This document shows positions 1-8,245 of a stretch of 64,000 nt of DNA, piece by piece. Below the pieces are notes generated by a model. The model was not told where the DNA came from, ran no database searches, and saw only the letters and a program-made list of their open reading frames with translations. Each line of letters begins with the position of its first letter. Position 1 is the stretch's first letter. This DNA is from Candidatus Moraniibacteriota bacterium (GTDB taxonomy: Bacteria > Patescibacteriota > Minisyncoccia > Moranbacterales > UBA1568). Location of the stretch: NCBI GenBank assembly GCA_018499985.2, contig JAHBAT020000015.1, forward strand, positions 17,059-81,058, in the 5' to 3' direction. The position numbers and the translations under genes were made by a program.

Positions 1-374
1 GTAAGCGTGTCGTTATCGAAGAGCGTATCTATCCCGGGTATGTGCTCGTGGATATGATCGTAACTGATGCTTCATGGTATGTCGTGCGTAATACTCCAAA
101 CGTGACAGGCTTTATCGGACTTGGAACTACTCCTACTCCGATTGACCCAGTCGAAATTGAGAGCCTGAAGAAGCGTATGGGCGTAGCCGAACCGAAATAC
201 AAAATTGACGTTCGCGTGGGAGATTCAGTCAAAATTGCTGACGGACCATTCAAAGACTTTGATGGTAAGATTCAGGAAGTAGACGACGAGAAGGGTAAGG
301 TCAAGGTATTGGTTTCTATCTTTGGACGAGAAACTCCAGTTGAGCTCGATTTCCTTCAGATTCGCAAAGCATAA
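1..374 (+). CDS. nusG: Transcription antitermination factor NusG, C-terminal part (5' end lies outside the window)
   Basis: Frame 3 is open from nt 3. The translation ...RVVIEERIYPGYVLVDM...VRVGDSVKIADGPFKDFDGKIQEVD...KVLVSIFGRETPVELDFLQIRKA shows the end of the NGN domain plus a KOW motif. It sits directly upstream of rplK-rplA, as in the conserved cluster. Confidence 0.9.
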   Translation, partial: KRVVIEERIYPGYVLVDMIVTDASWYVVRNTPNVTGFIGLGTTPTPIDPVEIESLKKRMGVAEPKYKIDVRVGDSVKIADGPFKDFDGKIQEVDDEKGKVKVLVSIFGRETPVELDFLQIRKA

Positions 375-399
375 CATTACTTATTAAAACGTTACTATT

Positions 400-820
400 A
401 TGGCAAAGACAGTAAAAGCAATGATCAAACTGCAGATTGATGCCGGTAAGGCCAATCCAGCTCCTCCAATTGGACCAGCTCTTGGACAGCACGGTCTCAA
501 TATTCAGGAGTTCTGTACTCGTTTCAACGATCAGACTCGTGACCGTATGGGAGATATTATCCCAGCTGAAATTACCGTGTACGAAGATCGTACTTTTGAT
601 TTCATCTTGAAGACCCGCATCAGATCTTCTCCGTAAGGCTGCCAAAGTAACAAAGGGTTCTGGTAATCCTCTTAAAGACAAGGTGGGTGCTATCACCGAA
701 GCACAACTGACAGAAATTGCAGAAAAGAAGCTTGAAGATTTGAATGCCAATGACGTAGATGCTGCCAAGGATATTATCCGTGGAACTGCTCGCTCAATGG
801 GTATCAAAATTGAAGGGTAA
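400..820 (+). pseudogene. rplK: 50S ribosomal protein L11 gene, interrupted by a frame shift near nt 613-617
   Basis: The frame-1 ORF 400-636 reads [39 protein letters not shown]...[11 protein letters not shown] and then hits TAA. The L11 C-terminal half ([20 protein letters not shown]...[12 protein letters not shown]) continues in frame 2 to the TAA at 818-820. The whole span is 421 nt (3n+1). Confidence 0.8.
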
Positions 821-874
821 TAATTATTTATTTGTGGAAGCTCATAATAGGGCGTTTGACCACGAAGTATACAT

Positions 875-1564
875 ATGAAACACGGCAAGAAATACAGAGG
901 AGTAGTAGAAGGTCTTGATCTTCGCAAAGAATACACTCCAGAAGAGGCAATCGCTTTTTTGAAAGCGCATCCAATCGCTAAGTTTGATGAGTCTTTTGAA
1001 GTTCACATGAAGCTTGGAATCAATCCAAAGAAGTCAGACGAACTCATTCGTTCTACAGCAGTCCTTCCTCATGGAACGGGTCGCAGTCAGAAGGTAGCCG
1101 TAGTAACAAGTACTAAAGAAAAAGAAGCCAAAGATGCTGGTGCTGATATGGTAGGCGCCGAAGACCTGATTGATGATATCAAGACTGGTAAAGTCAATGC
1201 GGGTGTAGACTTCCAGGTTCTTCTTGCTACTCCAGAAATGATGCCAAAGCTTGCTACTATCGCTAAGATTCTTGGACCAAAGGGTTTGATGCCAAGCCCA
1301 AAGTCTGAGACGGTAACTGCTAAGGTAGGAGAAGTGATTGATGTTCTCAAGAAGGGTAAGAAAGTCAGCTACAAAAACGACGACACTGCCAATGTGCATC
1401 AGATGATTGGAAAGCTTTCTTTCTCAGAAGCTCAAATTCTCGAAAATTATCAAGCTTTCCGTGAGAGTATTGATAGAGCAAAGCCGGAGGCTTTGAAGGG
1501 TCGCCTGATCCGCTCTATGGTTTTTAGCTCAACTATGGGCCCTGGACTCATCGTCAAAATCTAA
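875..1564 (+). CDS. rplA: 50S ribosomal protein L1
   Basis: 229 aa: MKHGKKYRGVVEGLDLRKEYTPEEAIAFLK...VLPHGTGRSQKVAVV...ATPEMMPKLA..LGPKGLMPSPK. These are typical L1 motifs, and the gene follows rplK. Confidence 0.95.
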   Translation: MKHGKKYRGVVEGLDLRKEYTPEEAIAFLKAHPIAKFDESFEVHMKLGINPKKSDELIRSTAVLPHGTGRSQKVAVVTSTKEKEAKDAGADMVGAEDLIDDIKTGKVNAGVDFQVLLATPEMMPKLATIAKILGPKGLMPSPKSETVTAKVGEVIDVLKKGKKVSYKNDDTANVHQMIGKLSFSEAQILENYQAFRESIDRAKPEALKGRLIRSMVFSSTMGPGLIVKI

Positions 1565-1570
1565 GTCTAA

Positions 1571-1600
1571 AACCCGAGTTTTACTCGGGTTTTTGCTTTT
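1571..1600 (+). terminator. Intrinsic terminator after rplA
   Basis: Stem cccgag (1573-1578) pairs with ctcggg (1584-1589), loop tttta, followed by a T-run. Confidence 0.7.
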
Positions 1601-1789
1601 ATAGAGGGAATTTGGTATTGTTAGGTTAGTTTTTTGAAACTCCTTTTTTCTATCATAAAAGTGCCAGCGCACTTTTATTGCTGTTTCGCTCGTAACCGCT
1701 CGACAAGCTCGCGGACCAGGCTTACTCACTCAAAACCGCGAAAAAAGAAGTTTACAAAAATATTCATCTATTTTTAAATTTCAACAGGT

Positions 1790-2365
1790 ATGATTCTTTC
1801 AGATCGAGACATCAAAAAAGAGATTAAAGCTGGCAACATTAGTTTGAAGCCGTATAAGCCAGAGTGTGTACAGCCAGCCAGTGTCGATATTCATCTCGAC
1901 AAACATTTTCTCGTGTTTGATACCTCTAAGCACTTTGTGATTGATCCCAAAGCCCCAGTGCAGGATCTTATGAAGCCAGTCGTGATTAGCGAGAAAGAAC
2001 CCTTTATTCTTCATCCACAAGAATTTGCTCTTGGGCTGATTCTCGAAGAAACAGGCGTATCAGATAAGCTCGTGGGTCGCCTAGAAGGCAAGAGCTCTCT
2101 TGGTCGTCTCGGACTTATCATTCATACGACTGCGGGGTATCTTGATCCAGGCAACAAGCTGAAGATGACTCTCGAGCTTTACAATGCTGGACGCCTTCCA
2201 ATCAAACTTTACTACAAGATGGCTATTGGTCAGATAGCTTTTGAGTACCTGTCCTCACCTTGTGAAAGACCGTATGGAAGCAAGGGTCTCAATAGTAAGT
2301 ATTATGGAGATCAGAAGCCAGTAGCTAGCAAGATGAGTCTCAACTTCAATAAGAAGAAAAAATAG
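1790..2365 (+). CDS. dcd: dCTP deaminase
   Basis: 191 aa: MILSDRDIKKEIKAGNISLKPYKPECVQPASVDIHL...GRLEGKSSLGRLGLIIHTTAGYLDPG. dCTP deaminase/dUTPase-fold signature. Confidence 0.9.
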   Translation: MILSDRDIKKEIKAGNISLKPYKPECVQPASVDIHLDKHFLVFDTSKHFVIDPKAPVQDLMKPVVISEKEPFILHPQEFALGLILEETGVSDKLVGRLEGKSSLGRLGLIIHTTAGYLDPGNKLKMTLELYNAGRLPIKLYYKMAIGQIAFEYLSSPCERPYGSKGLNSKYYGDQKPVASKMSLNFNKKKK

Positions 2366-2370
2366 ACCAA

Positions 2371-2398
2371 AAAACCCTGCATTTGGCAGGGTTTTGTC
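2371..2398 (+). terminator. Intrinsic terminator after dcd
   Basis: Stem ccctgc (2375-2380) pairs with gcaggg (2386-2391), with a flanking A-run and T-run. Confidence 0.7.
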
Positions 2399-2554
2399 TT
2401 GGGGGCTGTATGCTACACTTAAAGGAGTCATAATAAAAACCTATGAATCCCGTTAGAGTTTTCAAGTGTGGTGTAGAGGGTTTATCGGTGATGGTCTCAA
2501 AGATGCATAAACAATTATAAAGTAAAGAAAATTAATTATTAAAGCTCTAATGGG

Positions 2555-3490
2555 ATGAAACAATATCTTGACCTTTTGAGTCATATCATGGAAACAGGGG
2601 CTGACAAGGGCGACCGTACAGGCACAGGTACCAAAAGCGTTTTTGGGTATCAAATGCGCTTTGATTTGAGTCAGGGCTTTCCGTTGCTAACTACCAAAAA
2701 ACTGCCCTTTAATATGATTGCCAATGAGCTCCTGTGGTTTTTGGATGGGAGTACCAATATTCGTCCGCTTCTGGCTAACAATATCCATATTTGGGATGAC
2801 TGGCCTTTCAAGAGCTATCTTATGCAAAATAATTTACCAGTCCCAGCTCCCAATACCCCAGAGTGGGAACAGGGGATTAAAGACTTTACAGATAAGGTAT
2901 TGGCTGATGAGGAGTTTGCAAGAGAATATGGCGAGCTTGGCCCTGTCTACGGGTATCAGTGGCGATCTTGGCCTGCTCCAGATGGACGCCATGTCGATCA
3001 AATTACGGAGGTGATTAAGCAGCTTAAAAATTCTCCAGATTCACGTCGTATGATTGTGAGTGCCTGGAATGTAGCTGATATTGAAGAAATGGCAAAGAGC
3101 GGCTTACCACCTTGCCACTGTCTATTTCAGTTTTATGTAGCTCCTTCAACGGGCTCGGGACCTGGCCGGCTTTCATGCCAGTTGTATCAGCGGAGTTGTG
3201 ATACTTTTTTGGGAGTACCATTTAATATTGCCTCGTATGCTCTTTTGACCCACATGATGGCCCAGGTCTGTGGACTTGAACCCGGAGAGTTTGTTTGGAC
3301 TGGTGGTGATGTGCATTTGTATAACAATCACTTCGAACAGGTACAAACACAGCTAGGGCGTACCTCGAAAGATTTGCCAAAGCTTTGGCTTAATCCAGAG
3401 GTTAAGGATATCTTTGATTTTACAATTGATGATATGCGAATAGAAAATTACAACCCAGAACCTGGTATTAGGGCACCTATAGCAGTGTAG
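2555..3490 (+). CDS. thyA: Thymidylate synthase (ThyA, long form with internal insertion)
   Basis: 311 aa: [38 protein letters not shown]...[30 protein letters not shown]...[24 protein letters not shown]. Canonical ThyA catalytic Cys and dUMP-binding motifs. Confidence 0.95.
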   Translation: MKQYLDLLSHIMETGADKGDRTGTGTKSVFGYQMRFDLSQGFPLLTTKKLPFNMIANELLWFLDGSTNIRPLLANNIHIWDDWPFKSYLMQNNLPVPAPNTPEWEQGIKDFTDKVLADEEFAREYGELGPVYGYQWRSWPAPDGRHVDQITEVIKQLKNSPDSRRMIVSAWNVADIEEMAKSGLPPCHCLFQFYVAPSTGSGPGRLSCQLYQRSCDTFLGVPFNIASYALLTHMMAQVCGLEPGEFVWTGGDVHLYNNHFEQVQTQLGRTSKDLPKLWLNPEVKDIFDFTIDDMRIENYNPEPGIRAPIAV

Positions 3491-3535
3491 ATAGATTGGT
3501 TGAGGATATGTATAAAATCAGGTACAGTAGAGAAT

Positions 3536-4027
3536 ATGCAAAAACCAAGAATAAGTATCATTTCTGCTATTGCAGAGGCAAATAGAGGTATAGGTAGGGC
3601 CAATACCTTACTTTGGGACATTAAGGCTGATATGGCTCATTTTAAGAGTCTTACTACTGGTCATGTGGTCATTATGGGGGAGCGCACGTATCATTCTATT
3701 GGCCGAGCCCTTCCTAATCGCATCAATATTGTCCTTACCGATAATCAAGAGTTTGACGCTCCAAATGTGCTGACGGTTTACTCAGTAGATGAGGCTTTAG
3801 AGGTAGCGAAGCTTCATGAGCAAGAAGAAATTTTTGTGATTGGGGGAGGTAGTATTTATGCTCAGTTTTTGCCGCACACAGACCGTCTCTATCTAACACT
3901 TGTAAGCGGCGAGTATGATGCAGATGTGTTTTTTCCAGAGTACCAAGATTTTACAAAAGTAGTAGAAGAACAATCTGGCAGTGAAGGGACGTATACATTT
4001 CGTTTTGTAACATTAGAAAAAAATTAA
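3536..4027 (+). CDS. folA: Dihydrofolate reductase
   Basis: MQKPRISIISAIAEANRGIGRANTLLWDI...VVIMGERTYHSIG...IFVIGGGSIYAQFLP. I prefer the ATG at 3536 over the in-frame TTG at 3500 used by the ORF track. Confidence 0.85.
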   Translation: MQKPRISIISAIAEANRGIGRANTLLWDIKADMAHFKSLTTGHVVIMGERTYHSIGRALPNRINIVLTDNQEFDAPNVLTVYSVDEALEVAKLHEQEEIFVIGGGSIYAQFLPHTDRLYLTLVSGEYDADVFFPEYQDFTKVVEEQSGSEGTYTFRFVTLEKN

Positions 4028-4038
4028 TATACACACAT

Positions 4039-4596
4039 ATGGCAATTGTTGTTGGCGTAACCGGAGAAATGGCATCAGGTAAAGATACCGTCACGGAATA
4101 CTTGGTAGAAAAATACGGTGCCAAGAAGTATCGTTTCTCAGATATATTGAGAGAAATTTTGGATTTACTTTTTGTGCCTCAGACACGAGAAAACCTTACA
4201 AGGCTTTCCATTCTTTTGCGCCAAGGCTTTGGCGATGATCTTTTGGCTAAGGTGATTGAGAAAAGAGCTGAAGATGATAAGACGCATCCGATTCTTGTTA
4301 TTGATGGTATTCGTCGTTATCAAGATATTGCTTATTTCAATAGTCTTGACGGTTTTACTCTTTGGTATGTGGATGCCTCTTTCGAGACACGTTATGAGCG
4401 ACTTACTATGCGTTCTCAAAACGTAGATGATATGACTAAGTCAGAAGAAGAATTCCGTGCTGAGCACGAATTTGAAACAGAAAAAACAGTACCTGCACTC
4501 AAAGAACATGCCAATGAGGTTATCAATAATGAAGGTATGCTTGATGAGCTTCATCGTAAGGTAGACGTCATTATGGCTAAGCTAGGAGTTAATTAG
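4039..4596 (+). CDS. P-loop nucleoside/nucleotide kinase-like protein (CoaE/dNMP-kinase-like, specificity unknown)
   Basis: 185 aa with the N-terminal P-loop GVTGEMASGKDT. The size and layout fit small nucleotide kinases. It sits between folA and tmk. Confidence 0.6.
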   Translation: MAIVVGVTGEMASGKDTVTEYLVEKYGAKKYRFSDILREILDLLFVPQTRENLTRLSILLRQGFGDDLLAKVIEKRAEDDKTHPILVIDGIRRYQDIAYFNSLDGFTLWYVDASFETRYERLTMRSQNVDDMTKSEEEFRAEHEFETEKTVPALKEHANEVINNEGMLDELHRKVDVIMAKLGVN

Positions 4597-4611
4597 GGGT
4601 AAGGAAATTCT

Positions 4612-5301
4612 ATGCCGAAGGGAAAACTGATTGTGATTGATGGACTCGATGGTGCGGGTAAGGCTACTCAAGCGGCACTGTTGGTAGCGCGACTCAAAAA
4701 AGAAGGAAAAAAAGTGGTCACATTGGATTTTCCACAGTACCAAAATAATTTTTTCGGTGCTTTTATCGGTGAGTGTCTTGCTTCCAAGCATGGCGATTTT
4801 TTGAATCTTTCACCGCATATTGCATCAGTACTGTATGCGAGTGATCGCTTTGAGGCCTCGGTCAAAATTAAGCGTTGGCTTAAAGAAGGAAAATACGTTG
4901 TCTTAGATAGGTATGTCAGTGCCAATCAGATTCATCAGGGCGGTAAGATTAAGGATATAAAAGAACGGAAGAAATTCTTGGAATGGCTCAGTACTATGGA
5001 GTATGGAGTTTTTCAGATACCACGACCAGACAAAGTAATTTTTCTTGATGTTACTCCTGAGGTCACGCGTCGTATGCTTGAGAATCAAGTAAATAAAAAA
5101 GATAAAAAAATCTACTTAGGAAAAGATGCGAAAGATGTTGTAGAAGAGAGTATGGAGTATATGCTTGCTAGTAGGGTCTCAGCCTTGTGGATAGCAAAGA
5201 CAGAAAAGAACTGGACTAAGATAAGTTGTATCAAGGGACAGGAGATTCTGCCACGTGAAGTCATTGCAGAAAAAGTATATCAAGCAGTAACAGTAAAGTA
5301 A
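4612..5301 (+). CDS. tmk: Thymidylate kinase
   Basis: MPKGKLIVIDGLDGAGKATQAALLVARLKKEGKKVVTLDFPQY...DRYVSANQIHQG. Tmk P-loop and DRY/LID-type motifs. Confidence 0.9.
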   Translation: MPKGKLIVIDGLDGAGKATQAALLVARLKKEGKKVVTLDFPQYQNNFFGAFIGECLASKHGDFLNLSPHIASVLYASDRFEASVKIKRWLKEGKYVVLDRYVSANQIHQGGKIKDIKERKKFLEWLSTMEYGVFQIPRPDKVIFLDVTPEVTRRMLENQVNKKDKKIYLGKDAKDVVEESMEYMLASRVSALWIAKTEKNWTKISCIKGQEILPREVIAEKVYQAVTVK

Positions 5302-5303
5302 GT

Positions 5304-5729
5304 ATGATTATTCAAGCCAAAAAAATACACCCAGAAGCAAAGCTTCCAGAACGAGCACATGCATCCGATGCTGGTTTGGACCTCTTTATTCTAGATGACG
5401 TAGTCCTAGAGAAAGGAGCTATAGTCGTCTTGGGTACCGGTATTGCTATGGCTATTCCAGAGGGATACGTGGGTCTGATCTGGGATAAATCTGGCTTGGC
5501 TGCAAGGCATGGCCTTACGTGTTTGGGTGGTGTGATAGATGCGGGTTATCGTGGAGAAATTATGGTGACGCTCGCCAACCTAGGAACTGACGCGTATACT
5601 ATAACTAAACACCAAAAAATAGCCCAACTCTTGATTCAAGAAGTAGCTCTCCCTAAGCTAGAAGAGGTAGAAGAGTTAGATGAAACTTTACGAGGAGAGA
5701 ACCGCTTTGGAAGTACAGGTACACATTAA
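5304..5729 (+). CDS. dut: dUTP diphosphatase (dUTPase)
   Basis: 141 aa: AHASDAGLDLF...GLIWDKSGLA...GVIDAGYRGEI...RGENRFGSTG. These match the five dUTPase motifs. Confidence 0.93.
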   Translation: MIIQAKKIHPEAKLPERAHASDAGLDLFILDDVVLEKGAIVVLGTGIAMAIPEGYVGLIWDKSGLAARHGLTCLGGVIDAGYRGEIMVTLANLGTDAYTITKHQKIAQLLIQEVALPKLEEVEELDETLRGENRFGSTGTH

Positions 5730-5741
5730 AGAAAGACATTT

Positions 5742-7223
5742 ATGACAAAGTATATTCCCGTTATTGGTATGGAGGTTCACGTAGAACTCAAAACAGCTTC
5801 AAAGATGTTTTGTAGTTGTCCGAATGGACTTGGACTTGAAACAACCCCGAATACACATATCTGTTCAGTGTGCACTGGACAGCCGGGGAGTTTGCCGGTG
5901 CCTAATGCTCAGGCTATCGAAAGTGTGCAGCGTGTCGGCTTGGCTTTGAACTGTAAGCTTGCTACCAAGAGTAAATTTGACCGCAAAAATTATTTTTATC
6001 CGGATCTTCCAAAAGGCTATCAGATTTCTCAGTACGACGAGCCTTTTTGTGGTCCGGGTACAATAGAAGTAAATAGTAAGAGTTTTGGTATTACTCGTAT
6101 CCATATGGAGGAGGATACTGGTAAGCTGACACATCCAACAGGAGCTGACTATACATTGGTAGATTATAATCGTGGAGGAGTGCCTTTGATGGAACTTGTG
6201 ACCGAACCAGATTTTGATAATAGTGCTGATGTCAAAGCATTTTGTCAGCGTTTGCAGCAAATTCTTCGTTATCTAGAAGTATCTGATGCCAACATGGAAA
6301 AGGGGCAGATGCGTTGTGAAGTCAATATTTCTCTTCACAGAGAAGGTGAGGATAAATTTTCTGGCACCAAAGTAGAAGTAAAAAATTTGAATTCTTTCCG
6401 TGTAGTAGAGCGTACTATTGAGTATGAAATTAAGCGTCAGACAGAAGCTCTTGAAAAAGGCGAGGCTCTCGTGCAAGAGACTCGAGGATGGGATGAAAAT
6501 AAAGGTGAAACATTTTCACAGCGTAAAAAAGAGTCTGCTCATGATTACCGTTATTTTCCAGAGCCGGATATTTTACCTTTTCAATTCGATGAAAAATACT
6601 TTGCTGAACTAAAAAGCACTTTGCCAGAATTGCCTTTGGCTAAGTCTAAGCGTTTCATGGAACAGTATGGCCTAAATGAAGCAGATGTTATCCTTCTTGT
6701 AGAAGATAAGCACTTCGCGGGATTTTTTGAATCTGCAGTCAGTGAGCTAGAAGAGAAAAAGCAATCAGGTGAACTTACTTCTGATATAGAGCGCGCACGG
6801 AAGCTTGCGGTCAACTATCTTTTGACAGAGCTCCGCAAGCATTTATACGAAGCAGGGCAGACCATTCAGGACACCCGTATTACGCCAGAAAATTATGCGG
6901 AGTTCATCGCTCTAGTAGCCGATGGTAAAATTAATTCGAGTGCAGCTCAGACAGTACTTCTGGAGATGTTTCGGGGAAGTGATGGAGACACCGATCCATC
7001 GCATATTATAGAGCGGCTCAATCTCGGTCAGGTCAATGATACGGAAGCACTCGAAAAAGCTGTCATGGAAGTAATGGCTGCCAATGAGCAATCAGTAGTG
7101 GATTATAAGGCTGGCAAAGAAAACGCTTTGAAGTTTCTTATGGGGCAGGTAATGAAGGCTTCGGGAGGACGTGCTAATCCACAGGTTGTGACTGAAATTT
7201 TAAAGAACAAGCTTTCGGAATAA
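5742..7223 (+). CDS. gatB: Asp/Glu-tRNA(Asn/Gln) amidotransferase subunit B
   Basis: 493 aa: IGMEVHVELKTASKMFCSC...NTHICSVCTGQPGSLPV...DRKNYFYPDLPKGYQISQ...GQVMKASGGRANPQ. Confidence 0.95.
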   Translation: MTKYIPVIGMEVHVELKTASKMFCSCPNGLGLETTPNTHICSVCTGQPGSLPVPNAQAIESVQRVGLALNCKLATKSKFDRKNYFYPDLPKGYQISQYDEPFCGPGTIEVNSKSFGITRIHMEEDTGKLTHPTGADYTLVDYNRGGVPLMELVTEPDFDNSADVKAFCQRLQQILRYLEVSDANMEKGQMRCEVNISLHREGEDKFSGTKVEVKNLNSFRVVERTIEYEIKRQTEALEKGEALVQETRGWDENKGETFSQRKKESAHDYRYFPEPDILPFQFDEKYFAELKSTLPELPLAKSKRFMEQYGLNEADVILLVEDKHFAGFFESAVSELEEKKQSGELTSDIERARKLAVNYLLTELRKHLYEAGQTIQDTRITPENYAEFIALVADGKINSSAAQTVLLEMFRGSDGDTDPSHIIERLNLGQVNDTEALEKAVMEVMAANEQSVVDYKAGKENALKFLMGQVMKASGGRANPQVVTEILKNKLSE

Positions 7224-7253
7224 GAGGAAGATTTACCTACCTTTTTATTTCCA

Positions 7254-7287
7254 ATAAAAAAACCTCCTATACAAGAGGTTTTTTTAA
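7254..7287. terminator. Bidirectional terminator between convergent gatB and miaA
   Basis: Stem aacctc (7261-7266) pairs with gaggtt (7275-7280). An A-run lies upstream and a T-run downstream. Confidence 0.7.
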
Positions 7288-8207
7288 GAGGCTTTTTTCT
7301 CAAGAAGAGTAAATGCTTCGGTAGGATTTTTGACCCAGTTGATTTTCCAACCAAGGGTCTCCATGCGACGAAGCCAGGTAATCTGACGCTTAGCATAGCG
7401 ATTGACTTCACGCATCAGCTCGACTTCCATTTCGGCCCGCTTCTTTTTCTTTTGAAGGAAAAGAGCTATGTATTTGTATTCAAGACCAAAAGCCTCAAGA
7501 CGTTTAAAGCTTACCCCTGACTTTTCGAGGCGCTCTACTTCTTGGACCATCCCTTCCTTGAAGCGATCCTTCATGCGTTTGCGGATATTACCTTGGTGAG
7601 TATAGCGGTCGAGGTTTATAGCAAAGATTTGGTAGTTCTCATTTTTGATTTTGACATGATCTACCGGAGGGACAACGCCAAGTACTTCGATAATTTCTAA
7701 AGCACGGATGAGGCGAATAGGATTTTTGCGGTCAATTGTCTTAGCGCGGGCAGGATCTTTTTCTTTGACCATGGCAAAAAGTTCTTCAAGAGAGAGTTTC
7801 CCGAGTCGCTCACGAAGTTCAGGGTTAGGTTTGACTCCAGGAAAAGATTGGCTCTCCATGTACGCCTGAATCCAAAAGCCGGTTCCTCCACAAAAAATAG
7901 GCGTCTTACCCTTGGCGCGGATAGCTTCTTCGGCTACTTTGGCATCACGGAGAAAGTTAGTGACATTGTAATCAGTGTTTGGATCTGCAACATCCAGGAG
8001 GTGATGAGGGGCTTGTTTTTGTTCAGCTTTTGTCACTTTGCCACTGCCAATATCCATGCCTTTGTAGACTTGGCGACTGTCCACAGAAATAATCTCCCCA
8101 TTGTATTTACGGGCAATTTCGATAGCCAAAGAAGACTTACCTGAGGCAGTCGGTCCAAGGATTACAATAGCGGGGGAGGTGTTTTTCATAGAAATGAATT
8201 CTGACAT
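7284..8207 (-). CDS. miaA: tRNA dimethylallyltransferase
   Basis: 307 aa: AIVILGPTASGKSSLAIEIARKYNGEIISVDSRQVYKGMDIGSGK...HHLLDV. Confidence 0.93.
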   Translation of the reverse strand: MSEFISMKNTSPAIVILGPTASGKSSLAIEIARKYNGEIISVDSRQVYKGMDIGSGKVTKAEQKQAPHHLLDVADPNTDYNVTNFLRDAKVAEEAIRAKGKTPIFCGGTGFWIQAYMESQSFPGVKPNPELRERLGKLSLEELFAMVKEKDPARAKTIDRKNPIRLIRALEIIEVLGVVPPVDHVKIKNENYQIFAINLDRYTHQGNIRKRMKDRFKEGMVQEVERLEKSGVSFKRLEAFGLEYKYIALFLQKKKKRAEMEVELMREVNRYAKRQITWLRRMETLGWKINWVKNPTEAFTLLEKKAS

Positions 8208-8245
8208 ACTTTAGCTTTTTTGTAAAGAGATAAGTTGAGAAATCT

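Noticed and set aside
3500-3535. N-terminal extensions implied by the ORF track. These are folA TTG 3500, dnaE 11767, dnaX 24529, the hypothetical gene at 26163, the permease GTG 49486, secD GTG 61966 and the GFA gene TTG 20974.
   Set aside because: In each case an internal ATG coincides with the conserved family N-terminus, and the extension is hydrophobic or odd sequence with no family counterpart. The shorter starts are used, with the alternatives noted in each feature.
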